Position numbers and translations under genes: made by a program. A stretch of 53,847 bases of DNA, taken from NCBI RefSeq assembly GCF_001194135.2, contig NC_068982.1, positions 81,070,886-81,124,732 of the forward strand, written 5' to 3'. The stretch comes from Octopus bimaculoides (Eukaryota). Below are positions 24,286 through 36,879 of the stretch, in pieces; within the stretch, counting starts at the first letter, position 1, and every line of letters begins with the position of its first letter. The notes under the pieces are model-generated. The model was not told where the DNA came from and ran no database searches. It was given only the letters and a program-made list of their open reading frames with translations.

Positions 24286-24563
24286 ATAAGAAATTAAATA
24301 AATGACAAGGGAATAAGAAATTATGTCGTGAACTTCTTTAGCTTACAGTTGTTTCTGCTATAGGACGCAATGCACTCATAGTTGAGTGCTTGTGTATCAC
24401 CCTATAGTTTCATCGGTTCTTCAAAACTGAAGTGCAATTTCATTTGTGGAAAGCACTTTTGTATTTGTAAACATATACAGAAAATGTGCATCTTACACGT
24501 AGTAAGCTAATGAAGTTTATGACATAATTTCTTATTCCTTTGTCATTTATTTCATTTCTTATT
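24286..24563. repeat. Inverted repeat (arms 24286-24346 and 24502-24563) enclosing a decayed hammerhead
   Basis: ATAAGAAATTAAATAAATGACAAGGGAATAAGAAATTATGTCGTGAACTTCTTTAGCTTAC matches the reverse complement of GTAAGCTAATGAAGTTTATGACATAATTTTCTTATTCCTTTGTCATTTATTTCATTTCTTAT. Confidence 0.88.
24340..24420 (-). ncRNA. Decayed hammerhead-like motif
   Basis: CCGAUGA (U4>C), stem II CUAUAGG/CCUAUAG with an inner GCACUCA/UGAGUGC hairpin, then GAAA-CAACUG-UA. Stem I does not pair. Confidence 0.45.
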
Positions 24564-24655
24564 AATGTTCTATACTGGACTGACGCTGTGTTCTGAAGCT
24601 TATGTCCTTACACCAGATAATTAGCATTGCTATACCTAAGCGAAATAATAATAAT

Positions 24656-24700
<45 letters not shown>

Positions 24701-24738
24701 CATAATATTATTATTATCGTTATTATTATTATTATTAG

Positions 24739-24837
<99 letters not shown>

Positions 24838-25049
24838 GTATAAACTCAATAATCATGGGACGGGAAGGAACCAAGGAACCATTGAACAATATAGTTATGG
24901 ATATATTGAATCCCGGGTTGGCCATGGTTGGAAGCCTTTCTGGCTAGGTCTGTTCATTGATCTAGGGGCTAAACAACAACAATATCAACAACATGAAAAC
25001 GAAGTATAACCACCATATAACCACCAGCGACTCTATAGGTTCTGAGATG

Positions 25050-25560
25050 CTCCTTACGTGTTCCTGTCTTTGATTCCTGCTATTCTCGTTTCTTTCATTT
25101 TTCTTCTTTCATTTCTCCTATTCTTCGAATTTCTTCCACTATATCTTTTGTTTTATATTTTATTCTTAAATTTCTTTCCTTTGTTTTTGTTTTTGTTTTT
25201 TCACTTTCTTCTCTATTCCTTGTTCTTTTGTTTTTCATGAAATTCTTTCATCTTTCTTATCTGCTATTCCTTCAATTCATTTGTGTTGTTGTTGTTGTTG
25301 TTGTTGTCATCGTCATTATTGTTGCTGCTACTGCTGTTGTTGTTGATGTCGTCTAATCTTTTATTCTGTTATATTCAACATTTACCTTTTTTTTGTTGTT
25401 TTTCACAAATATTCCTCTTTTATTTTACATTATCTCATTCTTTTCCTCCATTCTGTTTGTTCTATCGTTGTTTCTTTTTACGTAATCATTTATCTAACAT
25501 TTCAATATTTGTTTGTGTGTCTGCATGTCTATCTCTGTCTATCTATATATGGCATACTGT
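25050..25560 (+). repeat. Pyrimidine-rich low-complexity tract with (GTT)n/(GCT)n
   Basis: Composition is directly visible; similar tracts at 17320-17640 and 27740-28160. Confidence 0.85.
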
Positions 25561-25849
25561 CTCTCAACACATTAAGGATCGAAGTGATATGGTGCCTTCT
25601 ATGGCTATAAACAATACACAAGCAACATCTTCAAGCCGTCTCTATTTCTAATGATTTCTCACGGCTACCTCACATATATAACATGGCTCCCTAGTACTTA
25701 TATCATTATCAAAGCTGCAAGATTCTTCTTTACAATCAGGAAACACATTAACCGTAAACAGTCGATAAACCTCTCACGAACTCGAACAGACTTCACTCTT
25801 TACCATTGCTTGCGTGTTTGAGACAGTACTGATACTATAACTAACTGGC

Positions 25850-26140
25850 GCTCTGTCAGTGAGGATTCTAGTTAATCCGATCAACGGAGCAGCCTCCTCG
25901 TGAAATTAATGTGTATGTGGCTGAGTACTCGACAGACACGCGCACCCTTAACGTAGTTCTCAGGGATACAGTGATACAAAATGTGACAAGGCTGGGCCTT
26001 TTCAATTACAAGTACTACTCATTTTTGCCAGGTGAGTGGACTGGAGCAGAGTGAAATACAGTGTCTTGCTCGAGGGCACAATGTGTTGCCGGGAATTGAG
26101 CTCACGCCTTTGCGATCGTGAGCAGAATACCCTAACCATG
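25850..26140 (-). mobile_element. tRNA-derived SINE family 3 copy
   Basis: Minus strand starts TGGTTAGGGTATTCTGCTCACGATCGCAAAGGCGTGAGCTCAATTCCCGG (A/B-box-like), then TGTGCCCTCGAGCAAGACACTG, similar to the head of family 1. Confidence 0.75.
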
Positions 26141-26849
26141 CACCTTCACCGATACTATAACACAAACAACTTAAACCAAATTCCTAAAGAAAGCCATTCG
26201 ACCCATTGGCGAAAATCGCAGACCGACACCAGCCAACCATTGTCATCCGTTTTCTCCTCTATATCCTCTTCAATCGCTTTTACAAAGACGTCTGCTCCTT
26301 GAATTTACTGAATATTGTTTCTTCTCCAGGTACCGAACACCTTTCCTTCTTGCGTTGCCCTTAATCGATTTCCTCTACAAGACGCTATAAGAAGCATTTT
26401 GCTCATCATTACCTTCTGAAATTCCAATCCCACCTAATATTCCCCGGCAGACACCGCTCAACAGCAATTTAAGATGAAGAGCAACTGCATTAATCTCACC
26501 AGTGTGGGACAGTTTGCAACGGTCAAGTGCATTTATGTTTCATCTTTGATTAAATTATCGTATAAGAGTAGTAACCTCTTGGCCGCCATTGTCACGCGCC
26601 CCTAAAATACATTCTTTTTCAAAAGTCGGGAGATCCATTTATATGTACCTCAGTTAATACTAATCTCTAACTAAAGGATGGCTACCAGCGATAACATGGC
26701 AGTTTATCCATTAAGGGTGTAAGTATTATCAGTTTGATTCTTCGGACACAGAAGATTAATGATATAATAAATATATATATGCACATACATAAATATTTAA
26801 GGTGAAATATAAATAATGGTCATTACATATTTCTTTATTGTTGTAAATT

Positions 26850-26974
26850 TGACTTACGGCTGTTTCCAGTAGTTATTATATGTTCGTTATTGATAAGTTT
26901 ACTCAGTCGGTCCATTGATCGGTTTAGAAATTTTGAACGATCTAGAAAATTCATGCTACTTTCGACAGAGTCAT
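26850..26974 (-). ncRNA. Hammerhead-like motif with one core substitution
   Basis: Stem I UGACU/AGUCA (5 bp), CUGUCGA (A6>U), stem II AGUAG/CUACU, GAAA-CAGCCG-UA. Confidence 0.55.
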
Positions 26975-27671
26975 TTCTGATTATTAGCAAGCAGAACACT
27001 GAAGGAACGATACATGTATGGGGAGGGGAGCAAAGAGAGGCAGTAAGAATCAGTATAAGGTAAGTGGAAGAGAGTTAAAGAGGAAAAAGGAAGAGAAGTG
27101 ATCATTTGGAAGAGAAGGACTAAAGTGTAGTGAAAGAAAGAAAGGAAGAGAGGAAGGAATAGGAAGAATAGAGTGAGCGAGGCATCTGATAGAAAAAAGG
27201 AGCAGAGGAAGGCCGAAATTAAGGAAAAAATAGTAAAAAAAAGCATTAGTGTTTGTAATTGGATCATTATACTCAAAAAAGTTTGCATTGTTTTCAAATC
27301 AAATACTATCCAGATAGTGAATTGAAATTTGATAGAGGCCACTTACTCGCATGGTCAACATAAATCTTCAATATTTGGTCATTTGTAGTATTTTATATCG
27401 GGAAGGGATCGTATTAGAAAATGAAAGAAAAATCAGCATAATAACAATAGTCTTTGGATGTTATAATTTAGCATTAAAATTATCGGTAAACTATAGTTTA
27501 AAGGTTAGGGCACTCAGCTGGTGTCGAAGGGGTACAGGTTCAACATCCGAAGCCACCTGCTGGCATCTTTTTTCTCCGTCTTATAAAGGTAAATACCCAA
27601 TCTTTCTCTGCTCTCTTACAGTTTTACTACATTCGAAATTTACTTTCTTATCTGCAATATATATGTGTGTT

Positions 27672-27711
<40 letters not shown>

Positions 27712-28479
27712 CGTGAGTGAGTGTGTGTATGCCACGTTTCTTTAATTTACCATTTCCTTCCTTGGCACATTTCTCCATTCTTTAGTCTTCTCAATCATGT
27801 CTTTATCCCCATTTCCTCTTTCTTCTACCTCAAATCAGATCTTTCCTTTCATTCGTATTCACATTCCTTCTTATCTCTCCGACGCATCCTCTTTTTACTT
27901 TACATTTCTTTCATTTTTATTCATTCCATCTTCCTTCTTTCTTATTTCATTCTGCTTTGTATTCTGTTTACTTTTTATCCTTTCCTTTTTTTAAACTTTT
28001 ATTGTTTCTTCTCACACTTCCGCTTCTCCTATTCCCGCCATTTATCTTTCATGCTCCATTTTTTCCACTTAGATTTCCTTTTCGTGTATTTTACAAATTT
28101 ATTTAGCGTTTATTTCAATGTTTTCATTTCGTCCTCACCTCGACCCTTGCTGCCATCTTAGATATGGATCTTTTCTGTTGAAGGCGACTTCAATGAATGC
28201 CCAAATTTAGACACATCATGCCTGTCACTTTCGAAGCAATCAACTAGCTTTGCTACTATGAGGTAATGATAAGACCTAAATGCTTGCCCCGTAGATCAGA
28301 GTAACCACCGAATAATTCAGGGATTCTACTCTAATAACCTGCTACATGTATTGAGTACAATTCTCGCCTGCACTTCTAAATGTAAATAACATGTATATAT
28401 AGTCATAGCTTTCTATTTATCAATGAACCCGGGTAAATAGAGAGAGAGATCGATATCAACTATTTATCTCTCTATCTAT

Positions 28480-28510
<31 letters not shown>

Positions 28511-28899
28511 AACGTGTTTCGACATATCAACTGATAGAATCACACAATTATTTGTTGAAATTACATGATCTTATCGATATGCCTCAGCAGTGCTTTTTTG
28601 GCAAAAAGGAAAATAGAGATTTAAGTTTGCTCAGTATATATATATTCCCATTATGCAAATTATCAACAACAATGTTTGAGTGGCGAGTTACCGGGCGACA
28701 GAGTAATGGGATAGAATAAACAGAAGGTAGAAAGGTTGAGGACGCTTCCTTTCATACACATACAGCATTGAAAGGAGAGAAAGAAAGGAGATAACCCTGA
28801 TATCGATTCCAGCTTGTTACTTCTGGGTAATACTTTCTGGGTGATAAATACGCAGAATCATCAAGAAGAAATATGGTAAGGGATTTGCATCGGCTCAAT

Positions 28900-29162
28900 A
28901 CGTTCTGAGTTCAAATTCCACTCATACTGACTTTGCCTTTCATCCATAAGTACCAGTTGAACTCTAACGTTGATGATATTGACTTACCCCTTCCCCCAAA
29001 TTTCAGGCCTGGTACCTATAATAGAATATTATTATTATCATCATCATCATCATCATTATTTTATCCTTTTGGAGTCGATAAAATAAGTACCGGTTGGATA
29101 CTGAGGTCGATGTAATCGATTATGACACTCCCTCAAATTTCAGGCCTTGTGCCTTTAGTAGA

Positions 29163-29165
<3 letters not shown>
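28900..29165 (+). mobile_element. Two tandem partial SINE family 2 copies with (TTA)n tail
   Basis: CGTTCTGAGTTCAAATTCC..CTTTGCCTTTCATCC..CAAATTTCAGGCC appears in part twice; the second copy ends in (TTA)n at 29165-29247. Confidence 0.8.
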
Positions 29166-29247
<82 letters not shown>

Positions 29248-29396
29248 GTTCAGTAGTTTTATTTTTATAACGTGCTTTCACTTCACTACCGAGCGCAGCT
29301 CTGTGCGCCTTGGGTATGTGCTGTGGTTTGCTGTGGTGCTCTTATGTTTACTGTATTGAAAGTGTTTTGCGTAGAATGTGTGCAGTACCCAGTAGT
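29248..29396 (-). mobile_element. 3' end of an R4/Dong-like RLE non-LTR retrotransposon in a (TAA)n tract
   Basis: Minus-strand LLGTAHILRKTLSIQ* (a typical R4/Dong C-terminus), a short 3' UTR, then (TAA)n. (TTA)n also lies across the gap at 29996-30056. Confidence 0.8.
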
Positions 29397-29995
29397 NNNN
29401 NNNNNNNNNNNNNNNNNNNNNNNNNNNNNNNNNNNNNNNNNNNNNNNNNNNNNNNNNNNNNNNNNNNNNNNNNNNNNNNNNNNNNNNNNNNNNNNNNNNN
29501 NNNNNNNNNNNNNNNNNNNNNNNNNNNNNNNNNNNNNNNNNNNNNNNNNNNNNNNNNNNNNNNNNNNNNNNNNNNNNNNNNNNNNNNNNNNNNNNNNNNN
29601 NNNNNNNNNNNNNNNNNNNNNNNNNNNNNNNNNNNNNNNNNNNNNNNNNNNNNNNNNNNNNNNNNNNNNNNNNNNNNNNNNNNNNNNNNNNNNNNNNNNN
29701 NNNNNNNNNNNNNNNNNNNNNNNNNNNNNNNNNNNNNNNNNNNNNNNNNNNNNNNNNNNNNNNNNNNNNNNNNNNNNNNNNNNNNNNNNNNNNNNNNNNN
29801 NNNNNNNNNNNNNNNNNNNNNNNNNNNNNNNNNNNNNNNNNNNNNNNNNNNNNNNNNNNNNNNNNNNNNNNNNNNNNNNNNNNNNNNNNNNNNNNNNNNN
29901 NNNNNNNNNNNNNNNNNNNNNNNNNNNNNNNNNNNNNNNNNNNNNNNNNNNNNNNNNNNNNNNNNNNNNNNNNNNNNNNNNNNNNNNNNNNNNNN

Positions 29996-30056
<61 letters not shown>

Positions 30057-30520
30057 GAGTGGGAGAGCAGTGACACTCGGGTAAAATATACGAAGCCCAT
30101 TATACCCATCATGACTACCCGTCTGATAAGGGTACACCAGGCACATGCATCACAACCATATGTGCGCGACACGATGATCTCATATCAAGATAAACAGCGC
30201 ATGACCTCGCAAGTGGGGCCCAGTTAGAATTTCCTTTAGGTCGAGTAGCCCATCCTGCTCAAAACTTCCCTGAATAAGGGCTGTTTGAGGTTGTTGAACG
30301 AAACACCTATGTTTCCAAAAAGTGAATTATCCAAACCCCAAAGAAATCCTCTCAACGCATGGCTATGATGCTTCCCCATTACATCTAGTCGTGATCAGAG
30401 ATGCACATATTGTCAGCCACTAAGGGACATGTTCAACTGGTTAAGATCAAGCAATTGACAAGCAAATCTGTTGTATTGAGTAGAATATTTGCTATAGTCC
30501 ATCTTTTATACAAAGACAAC
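30057..30520 (+). repeat. Non-coding interspersed repeat (recalled as an abundant octopus repeat)
   Basis: Complex non-microsatellite sequence with no credible ORF; identity recalled from memory and not verified. Confidence 0.45.
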
Positions 30521-30589
30521 TCAATATACATGATAACACTTCCAATCAGTTAAAGTGAGAAGCCATGAGAGGCACTGCCTGGTATTGCA

Positions 30590-30604
30590 TCTATTATTAT
30601 TATT

Positions 30605-30642
<38 letters not shown>

Positions 30643-30684
30643 CGTCGTCATCATCATCACCATCAGCAGCAGCAGCGGCAGTAA

Positions 30685-30744
<60 letters not shown>

Positions 30745-30775
30745 GAGGAGGAGGAGGAGTAGTAGTAGTAGTGTT
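30590..30775. repeat. Compound trinucleotide microsatellite
   Basis: In-phase blocks TAT, TGT, CGT, CAT, CAG, TAG, GAG, TAG. Confidence 0.95.
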
Positions 30776-31088
30776 TGCATAATCTTTAGTACCTTGCACA
30801 AAATGTCTTGCAATATTTGCTGTTATTTCACGTTCTGAGTTCGAATTACACCGAAATCAACCTTGCCTTTTCTCTTTACGGGGTCGATAAATAAAGTATC
30901 TCTTAAATACTGGGATCGATTGGACTAATTTAAAAGGAACCCAGACCACGACTCTGACCACAACCACAGCTACAACTCCAAACATATAGAACAAAAGAGT
31001 GTGTATGCGTTTGTGTGACTTGCTTATATGTCTTAACAACGGTAATATTCCTTTTTCTTCTTTCCTTCAACGTTAACCTTCCCCCAAT

Positions 31089-31128
<40 letters not shown>

Positions 31129-31939
31129 ATATACACATAGGCATGTGTGTGTGTATGTGTAATACACTCAAGTCTTACTTGGTATACGTACATATCTATA
31201 AAGCTGAGTCCTTTTAAAGTATATAAAATTAACTACAGTTGTTGTTGTTACTGCTGCTGCTGCTACTGCTGATGTTAGTTTATACATGTTTGCTGGACTG
31301 ATGTTAAGTTTTATTTCCTAAGATACCACGTCAGCGAAATATCTCCGAAAGCAACCGGATGTTATGGACACAAACGGATATGTGATCAGAGATTGAGATA
31401 ACGGACATCAGTGGAGGAGCAGGAGAGGGGAGGACAGGGGAGGGGTGATGAGAGGAGGGGAAGAAGAAACGGGGCGAGGAGGGGAGAAGAGGAAGAGAAG
31501 GAGGTTTGGGGATATTGAAACAGTTGCAATAGGGTGGCAGTATACGAAGACCGTGAAAAAGAGGGAATGAGAAAGAGATAGACAGACAGACAGAGATAGA
31601 CAGAGAGAAAGAGAGAGGGAGAGAGAGAGAGAAAAAGAGAGAGTGATCAGATGAGTGGTTATGTTAAGGAAATGGAGGAGGTGAAAGGTAAAGTTGATGA
31701 CGTAGTTAGGTAGATTACCCTCCTCCGTAATGTGTAAGTTTGCAATGGAAGATAGCGGTATGAGGAGGATTTGGAGGAGAGAGATAAAAGGATTGATGGA
31801 GACAACAGGGGTTGTTGGCGGAGTTGGAACCTACGCCCTGTCTGATTGACAGGGGTTAGGAGGTACTTGTAGTGTGGCAGGAAGCAAACATTCACGTCCG
31901 GTTATCAGGGGCTCGTCTACAATAGATCAATGCTGTTCA

Positions 31940-32507
31940 ATGATCGCATGACGGCGGCGAAGCGTTTAGGATCTGATGGTAGTGGCAGCAGCAGCGACGG
32001 TGGTAGTGGTGGTGGTGGTGGTGGTGGTGTTGAAGGGAGAGGGTGGGAGGGAGATGGTGGGTAGGAGTGATGAGAGGAAGTAGGTGCCAGAGCAAGAGAG
32101 GAGAGGTGGGTGGGAAGAAGTAGGTGTTAGAGTAAGAGAGGAGAAAGGAAGAGGGTTGGATGAAGAGGGGAGGAGATTTGAGCCCATGTGGCGCAAAGAA
32201 GCGAAGAGAGAACATTAATCCCTGCTCACGGTGAAGATGGGAGTCCGGATGGCCCCTGTGCAAGGACAAACCGAACACAGACAGGTGTTGTAAAGAGTGA
32301 CCGGTAGTGCGGAAATGGAGCAGGACTGAGGTGTCATTGCCGAGTCGGATGTCTCGGAGGTGTTCCGCGAACCGGTCAGCCAAGCGGCGTCCCGTTTGAC
32401 CGATGTATAGAGAAGGACAGAGAGAGTTGGAGATGCAGTAGATGACGTTGCTAGAAGTGCAGGTAAAGGAGTCAGCGATATGATAGGGTCGATGATGGGT
32501 GCCTATG
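31940..32507 (-). mobile_element. Penelope-like element GIY-YIG endonuclease, C-terminal fragment
   Basis: Open frame from the gap edge: IADSFTCTSSNVIYCISNSLCPSLYIGQTGRRLADRFAEHLRDIR...HFRTTGHSLQHLSVFGL...EQGLMFSL...PHGL. VIY/YIG, R and EH motifs of PLE endonucleases are present. Confidence 0.88.
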
Positions 32508-33064
32508 NNNNNNNNNNNNNNNNNNNNNNNNNNNNNNNNNNNNNNNNNNNNNNNNNNNNNNNNNNNNNNNNNNNNNNNNNNNNNNNNNNNNNNNNNNNNN
32601 NNNNNNNNNNNNNNNNNNNNNNNNNNNNNNNNNNNNNNNNNNNNNNNNNNNNNNNNNNNNNNNNNNNNNNNNNNNNNNNNNNNNNNNNNNNNNNNNNNNN
32701 NNNNNNNNNNNNNNNNNNNNNNNNNNNNNNNNNNNNNNNNNNNNNNNNNNNNNNNNNNNNNNNNNNNNNNNNNNNNNNNNNNNNNNNNNNNNNNNNNNNN
32801 NNNNNNNNNNNNNNNNNNNNNNNNNNNNNNNNNNNNNNNNNNNGATCTTCGGTACCTTGTTATTTCTTTTATTTAAATCTGGGAAGATGAAATTAAAGGT
32901 GATTCTGCTAAAACTTCAATTCGGAATTTAAAAAGGGTTTAATTAGTTTTTGATTGAGGACATAACGACGAAGCCTCAAACTTTGTGGATGAGCCTAATC
33001 CATCCAACTCTGGACTCAACAAGGTTACATCATATCATCGACACTGGAAGAATGAAATACAAAG

Positions 33065-33160
33065 TTAACCATGGTGAGATTTGAACTCAGAAGGTAAAGA
33101 CCGGAAGAAATACTGCTAGACACTGTTCGACGTGCTGCGATTTTGCCAGCTCGTCACCTT
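33065..33160 (-). mobile_element. SINE family 2 head fragment
   Basis: Reverse complement GGTGACGAGCTGGCAAAATCGCAGCACG...CTTCTGAGTTCAAATCTCACC. Confidence 0.7.
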
Positions 33161-35289
33161 CTACAAGTAAATATTTCAAGATATATTTGTCCGGCGTTAC
33201 ACTGATTTCGCTCACCACTGACTTTGTCTTTTTCCGTAAAAAATGATACAAAAGTTCCCAGTGGATACGATATAAGATTACTTGCAAATGGATCGTACGT
33301 TTTAATCTTCTGCCGGAATCTGATCGAGTTTCTAGGCAGAATTGATCATTTCATTCTCCTAATTACCGGAAATAGAGGCAAAGACTTCTTGGAATGTTAC
33401 CTGTAATAAACACAGTAGATTTCAATCCAGGAAGAGATAGATATCTCATCCAGTTCCTCACAGGAAACCTGATCTAAACAACGAGTTTCTCTCCACTCCC
33501 CCTCAACCACCTGCTCAGTTCCTAGATATCGACAAACTCTCAAAGACCTCCTCACGCCTTGTCAGGATTTCATCTTGATATATATTTTTGTATTTCTTTC
33601 GTTTTTCTTCCTTTTATTTCAGTAAAACCTGCTTTCATTTGAAGTGTCACTTATACTATTATGTTCTTCCTTCGGTTATTGTTGTTGTTCCTGATGGTGG
33701 TGGTGGTGTTATGCAATCATTGCTGGTTCAGCTTCAGTGATACATATAACAAAAACGTAGCCGACCATAGATTCAAGCGATTCTACATTTATAGTATTTA
33801 AGTGACTGCAGTTAATTCTATTTACAGAAATATCAACAAAGGCCAACAGCACGAACTTGCGACGAGGCGTGTAGGTGGAGAGTTCACCTGCTAAAATTAA
33901 AAGTCAAATTTCGCTCAAATCTCAAATTTACCGACTGGGAAAAGGCACGGTAGTCACGGATGGAAGGCTTCTGGTAATAGCTTCTCTCAATCAGAACTGA
34001 GCAAAGGTCAGACAACAACGATGTAAATTTCATTTACAATAAACATCTACATGTGTGTATGTATGTATGTATGTATGTATGTATGTATGTACGTATGTAT
34101 GTATGTATGTATGTTTGTATGTATGTATGTATGGGTATTGTCATTCCTTGTAAATGAGCTAAGAAGCCAAAATGACACCAAAAGAAAGGAAAACATTATT
34201 TATTGATTAACAGATATTTGTTACTTCAGGTGGCGACGATTTATTATCAGCTTACTTTACCTTATGTACTCTTGATAGTTTTAAAAAAGACCAGCTTTCG
34301 AAAGAAAAACTCAGTTACATGTTGAAGATTTCAATGGATTATTGGTATCTACGGCAATCCTCATTCTCTGTGCCTCGTTTCAATTTTCTGTGTTTAACGC
34401 AATTCTCTTCAAAATCCCTGGATGCATCGAAATTTTGTTTTATTTCCATGGTTCCCTGTCAATTGCAATTATTTCTTAACTTTCCAAAAAAATATTACCT
34501 TTCCACCGCCCAAATTTAAAGCAATTTTGTACTTTGACTTCGATTTGTAAGTAGCTGTTTTCCAAAGAACATACTTCTGTATGGAGTACATCATTTGGAA
34601 TTTTTCTCATCTTTTCATACCAGAATACTTGCACATCTCAGTTAGCTACGTCGTAAGAGAGTTTCTTTACTTGCAGCACTTGCTATCACTGAAATTTCAA
34701 TATCATTTCACCAAGTGTCTACAAGATATGTTCAAAATGTTTTGAAGATGTTTCTCACATGAAACTCTCCAATTATTTAACATACAACAAAACAGAGAAA
34801 ATGCATGTTTTGATATCATTTTTATATACATCGTTGAAACCGGAGAGAGAGAGAGACAGTCCATGAACTTTGAAACCTATTTCCAGTTTCACTATCAAGA
34901 TTTTTATCCTTGGATTACATACTGCTAATATATTGGGTTGCAGATAAATCCGTTTGTTCTCCACCCCACCACCACCAGTTATTTAATCCTTTCCAATATT
35001 ATTTGAATTAACACACACAAAAAAAAATATTTCTATCGTAATGTTTTATGGACTTTTTAGTAGCTTTCTCTTTTCAGACACAAGATGATGGAGTGCCAAG
35101 TAGAAAAAAAAAGACCAAATTTATCTGACAACCTAATTTTTGATGGAAAATACATTTTTCAAAGTTATATCACATACCTCTGTTTTAGGATCCACAAGAT
35201 GCTTTCCGATACAAGACTGACAGAGAACAACAATTTTATCAATTTTTCAAGTTTAAAATTTTAGCTGCCTAGGAAAATTTATCCAGAAG

Positions 35290-35600
35290 TGTGTGAATAT
35301 ATTTTCAGGTATTTACACCATTTTGCTTTGCCAGAATCACTGATTTAAAAAATGGGTCTGATCATCGACCGTGGAATTGTTCTCATATTTTCATGAAATG
35401 AGCTGATAAAATCGGGAAAAGACAACCACCTTTTCTGAGGATTATTCACATTGCATCGCAATTCACTGAATCAAAGGCCATGATAAGGTCAACAGCGGGA
35501 TCAATGAAGCAATGAAAGAAATCAAGCCACGGATCAGCGCATTATTCTTGTAGTTATCCAGTGGTCATCCATTATGCCAATCATTCAAAGTCCAATAGTT
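35290..35600 (+). pseudogene. Possible piggyBac-like transposase relic
   Basis: Weak fragments FARITDL..., DKIGKRQP and GINEAMKEIKPR recall PGBD motifs LPRI.DYW, DKL.KIRP and SIDE.M.PFKGR; heavily decayed. Confidence 0.3.
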
Positions 35601-36840
35601 TTACTTTCACTACAAATGGGAACAGAATTGAATTTCACTGTGGACGATACCTTATATACATGCATGTATGCTTGTAAGAATGTATTTATGAGTGCATATA
35701 TTTATGTGCTTATCTATATATATACGTATGTATATGTGTATCTTTGTAAGTATTTATGTATGTATGCAAGCATATATATGACTACATATACAAACATATA
35801 CATATATATATATTTGCATACATGCATATATGTATGCATATTTACATACATAAATACACACAAGACCCCAACCATGTTTGATGCTTTGTTTCTAGGCAGG
35901 AAGTCGGATCTGAAGAACATACACACAGGAACATATACATACATACATACATACATACATACATGCATACATACATGCATACAGACATACATACAAACAT
36001 ACATATACATATGTACACAACTCTACATGTATACACAACTACATGCATGTGCATATATACGTACGTACATATATACATAGAAACAAGTATGCGTACCTCA
36101 AGGTATGAATACAAATGTATGCATGAACATACATACACACGCATACATGCATACACACACATACACATACATACACATACATACATACATACACGCACAT
36201 ACATAAATATATACACACATACACATACAACATACACACATGCATACATACATACAAACATACATACAAAAATACCCTTTTGTTGATGTTGAAATTCCAA
36301 TAAAGGAGCCTTAGATCTAGGTTCGAAACCGGTTCTTTCTCTATTAACAAAGAATCTTGAAATAAAACTGAATAATGACATACATACATACATACATACA
36401 TATATACGTACGTACGTACATACATGGTATGTGTTTATGTGAACTGAATTTCACTAAGACTTTGCTGGACCCAAAACTATGGTAGGAGCTACGTGTCAAA
36501 AAGTTTCATAGTGTTGGCCCAAACCCAGAATCACATAGTTGCAAAGGGAAAGTCTTAAAAACTTACCAGCTTGGCTCACACCAAGTTAGACAACATTAAA
36601 TGGACATATTGTAATAAAAAAGAACTTTATCGTCTGTAAAATTCAATATTGCTTGCAGCTCTCAGACATCTGAAGTCTATATCAGTTGAGTGCATGACGT
36701 CAAACAAGTCTAGCCACCATCAAACATACACACATACAAATGCACAAACACGCACACACACACACACACACGCGCACATATATATATGCATACATATACA
36801 TATCTCTATACTTACATCAGACATCAGATATGTATGTATG

Positions 36841-36879
<39 letters not shown>

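Noticed and set aside
28185-28225. CTGTTGAAGGC...GCCCAAA after a pyrimidine tract
   Set aside because: Two core substitutions and no stem III or stem I.
31427-31460. Four GGGG runs (potential G-quadruplex)
   Set aside because: Expected by chance in a purine-rich low-complexity tract.
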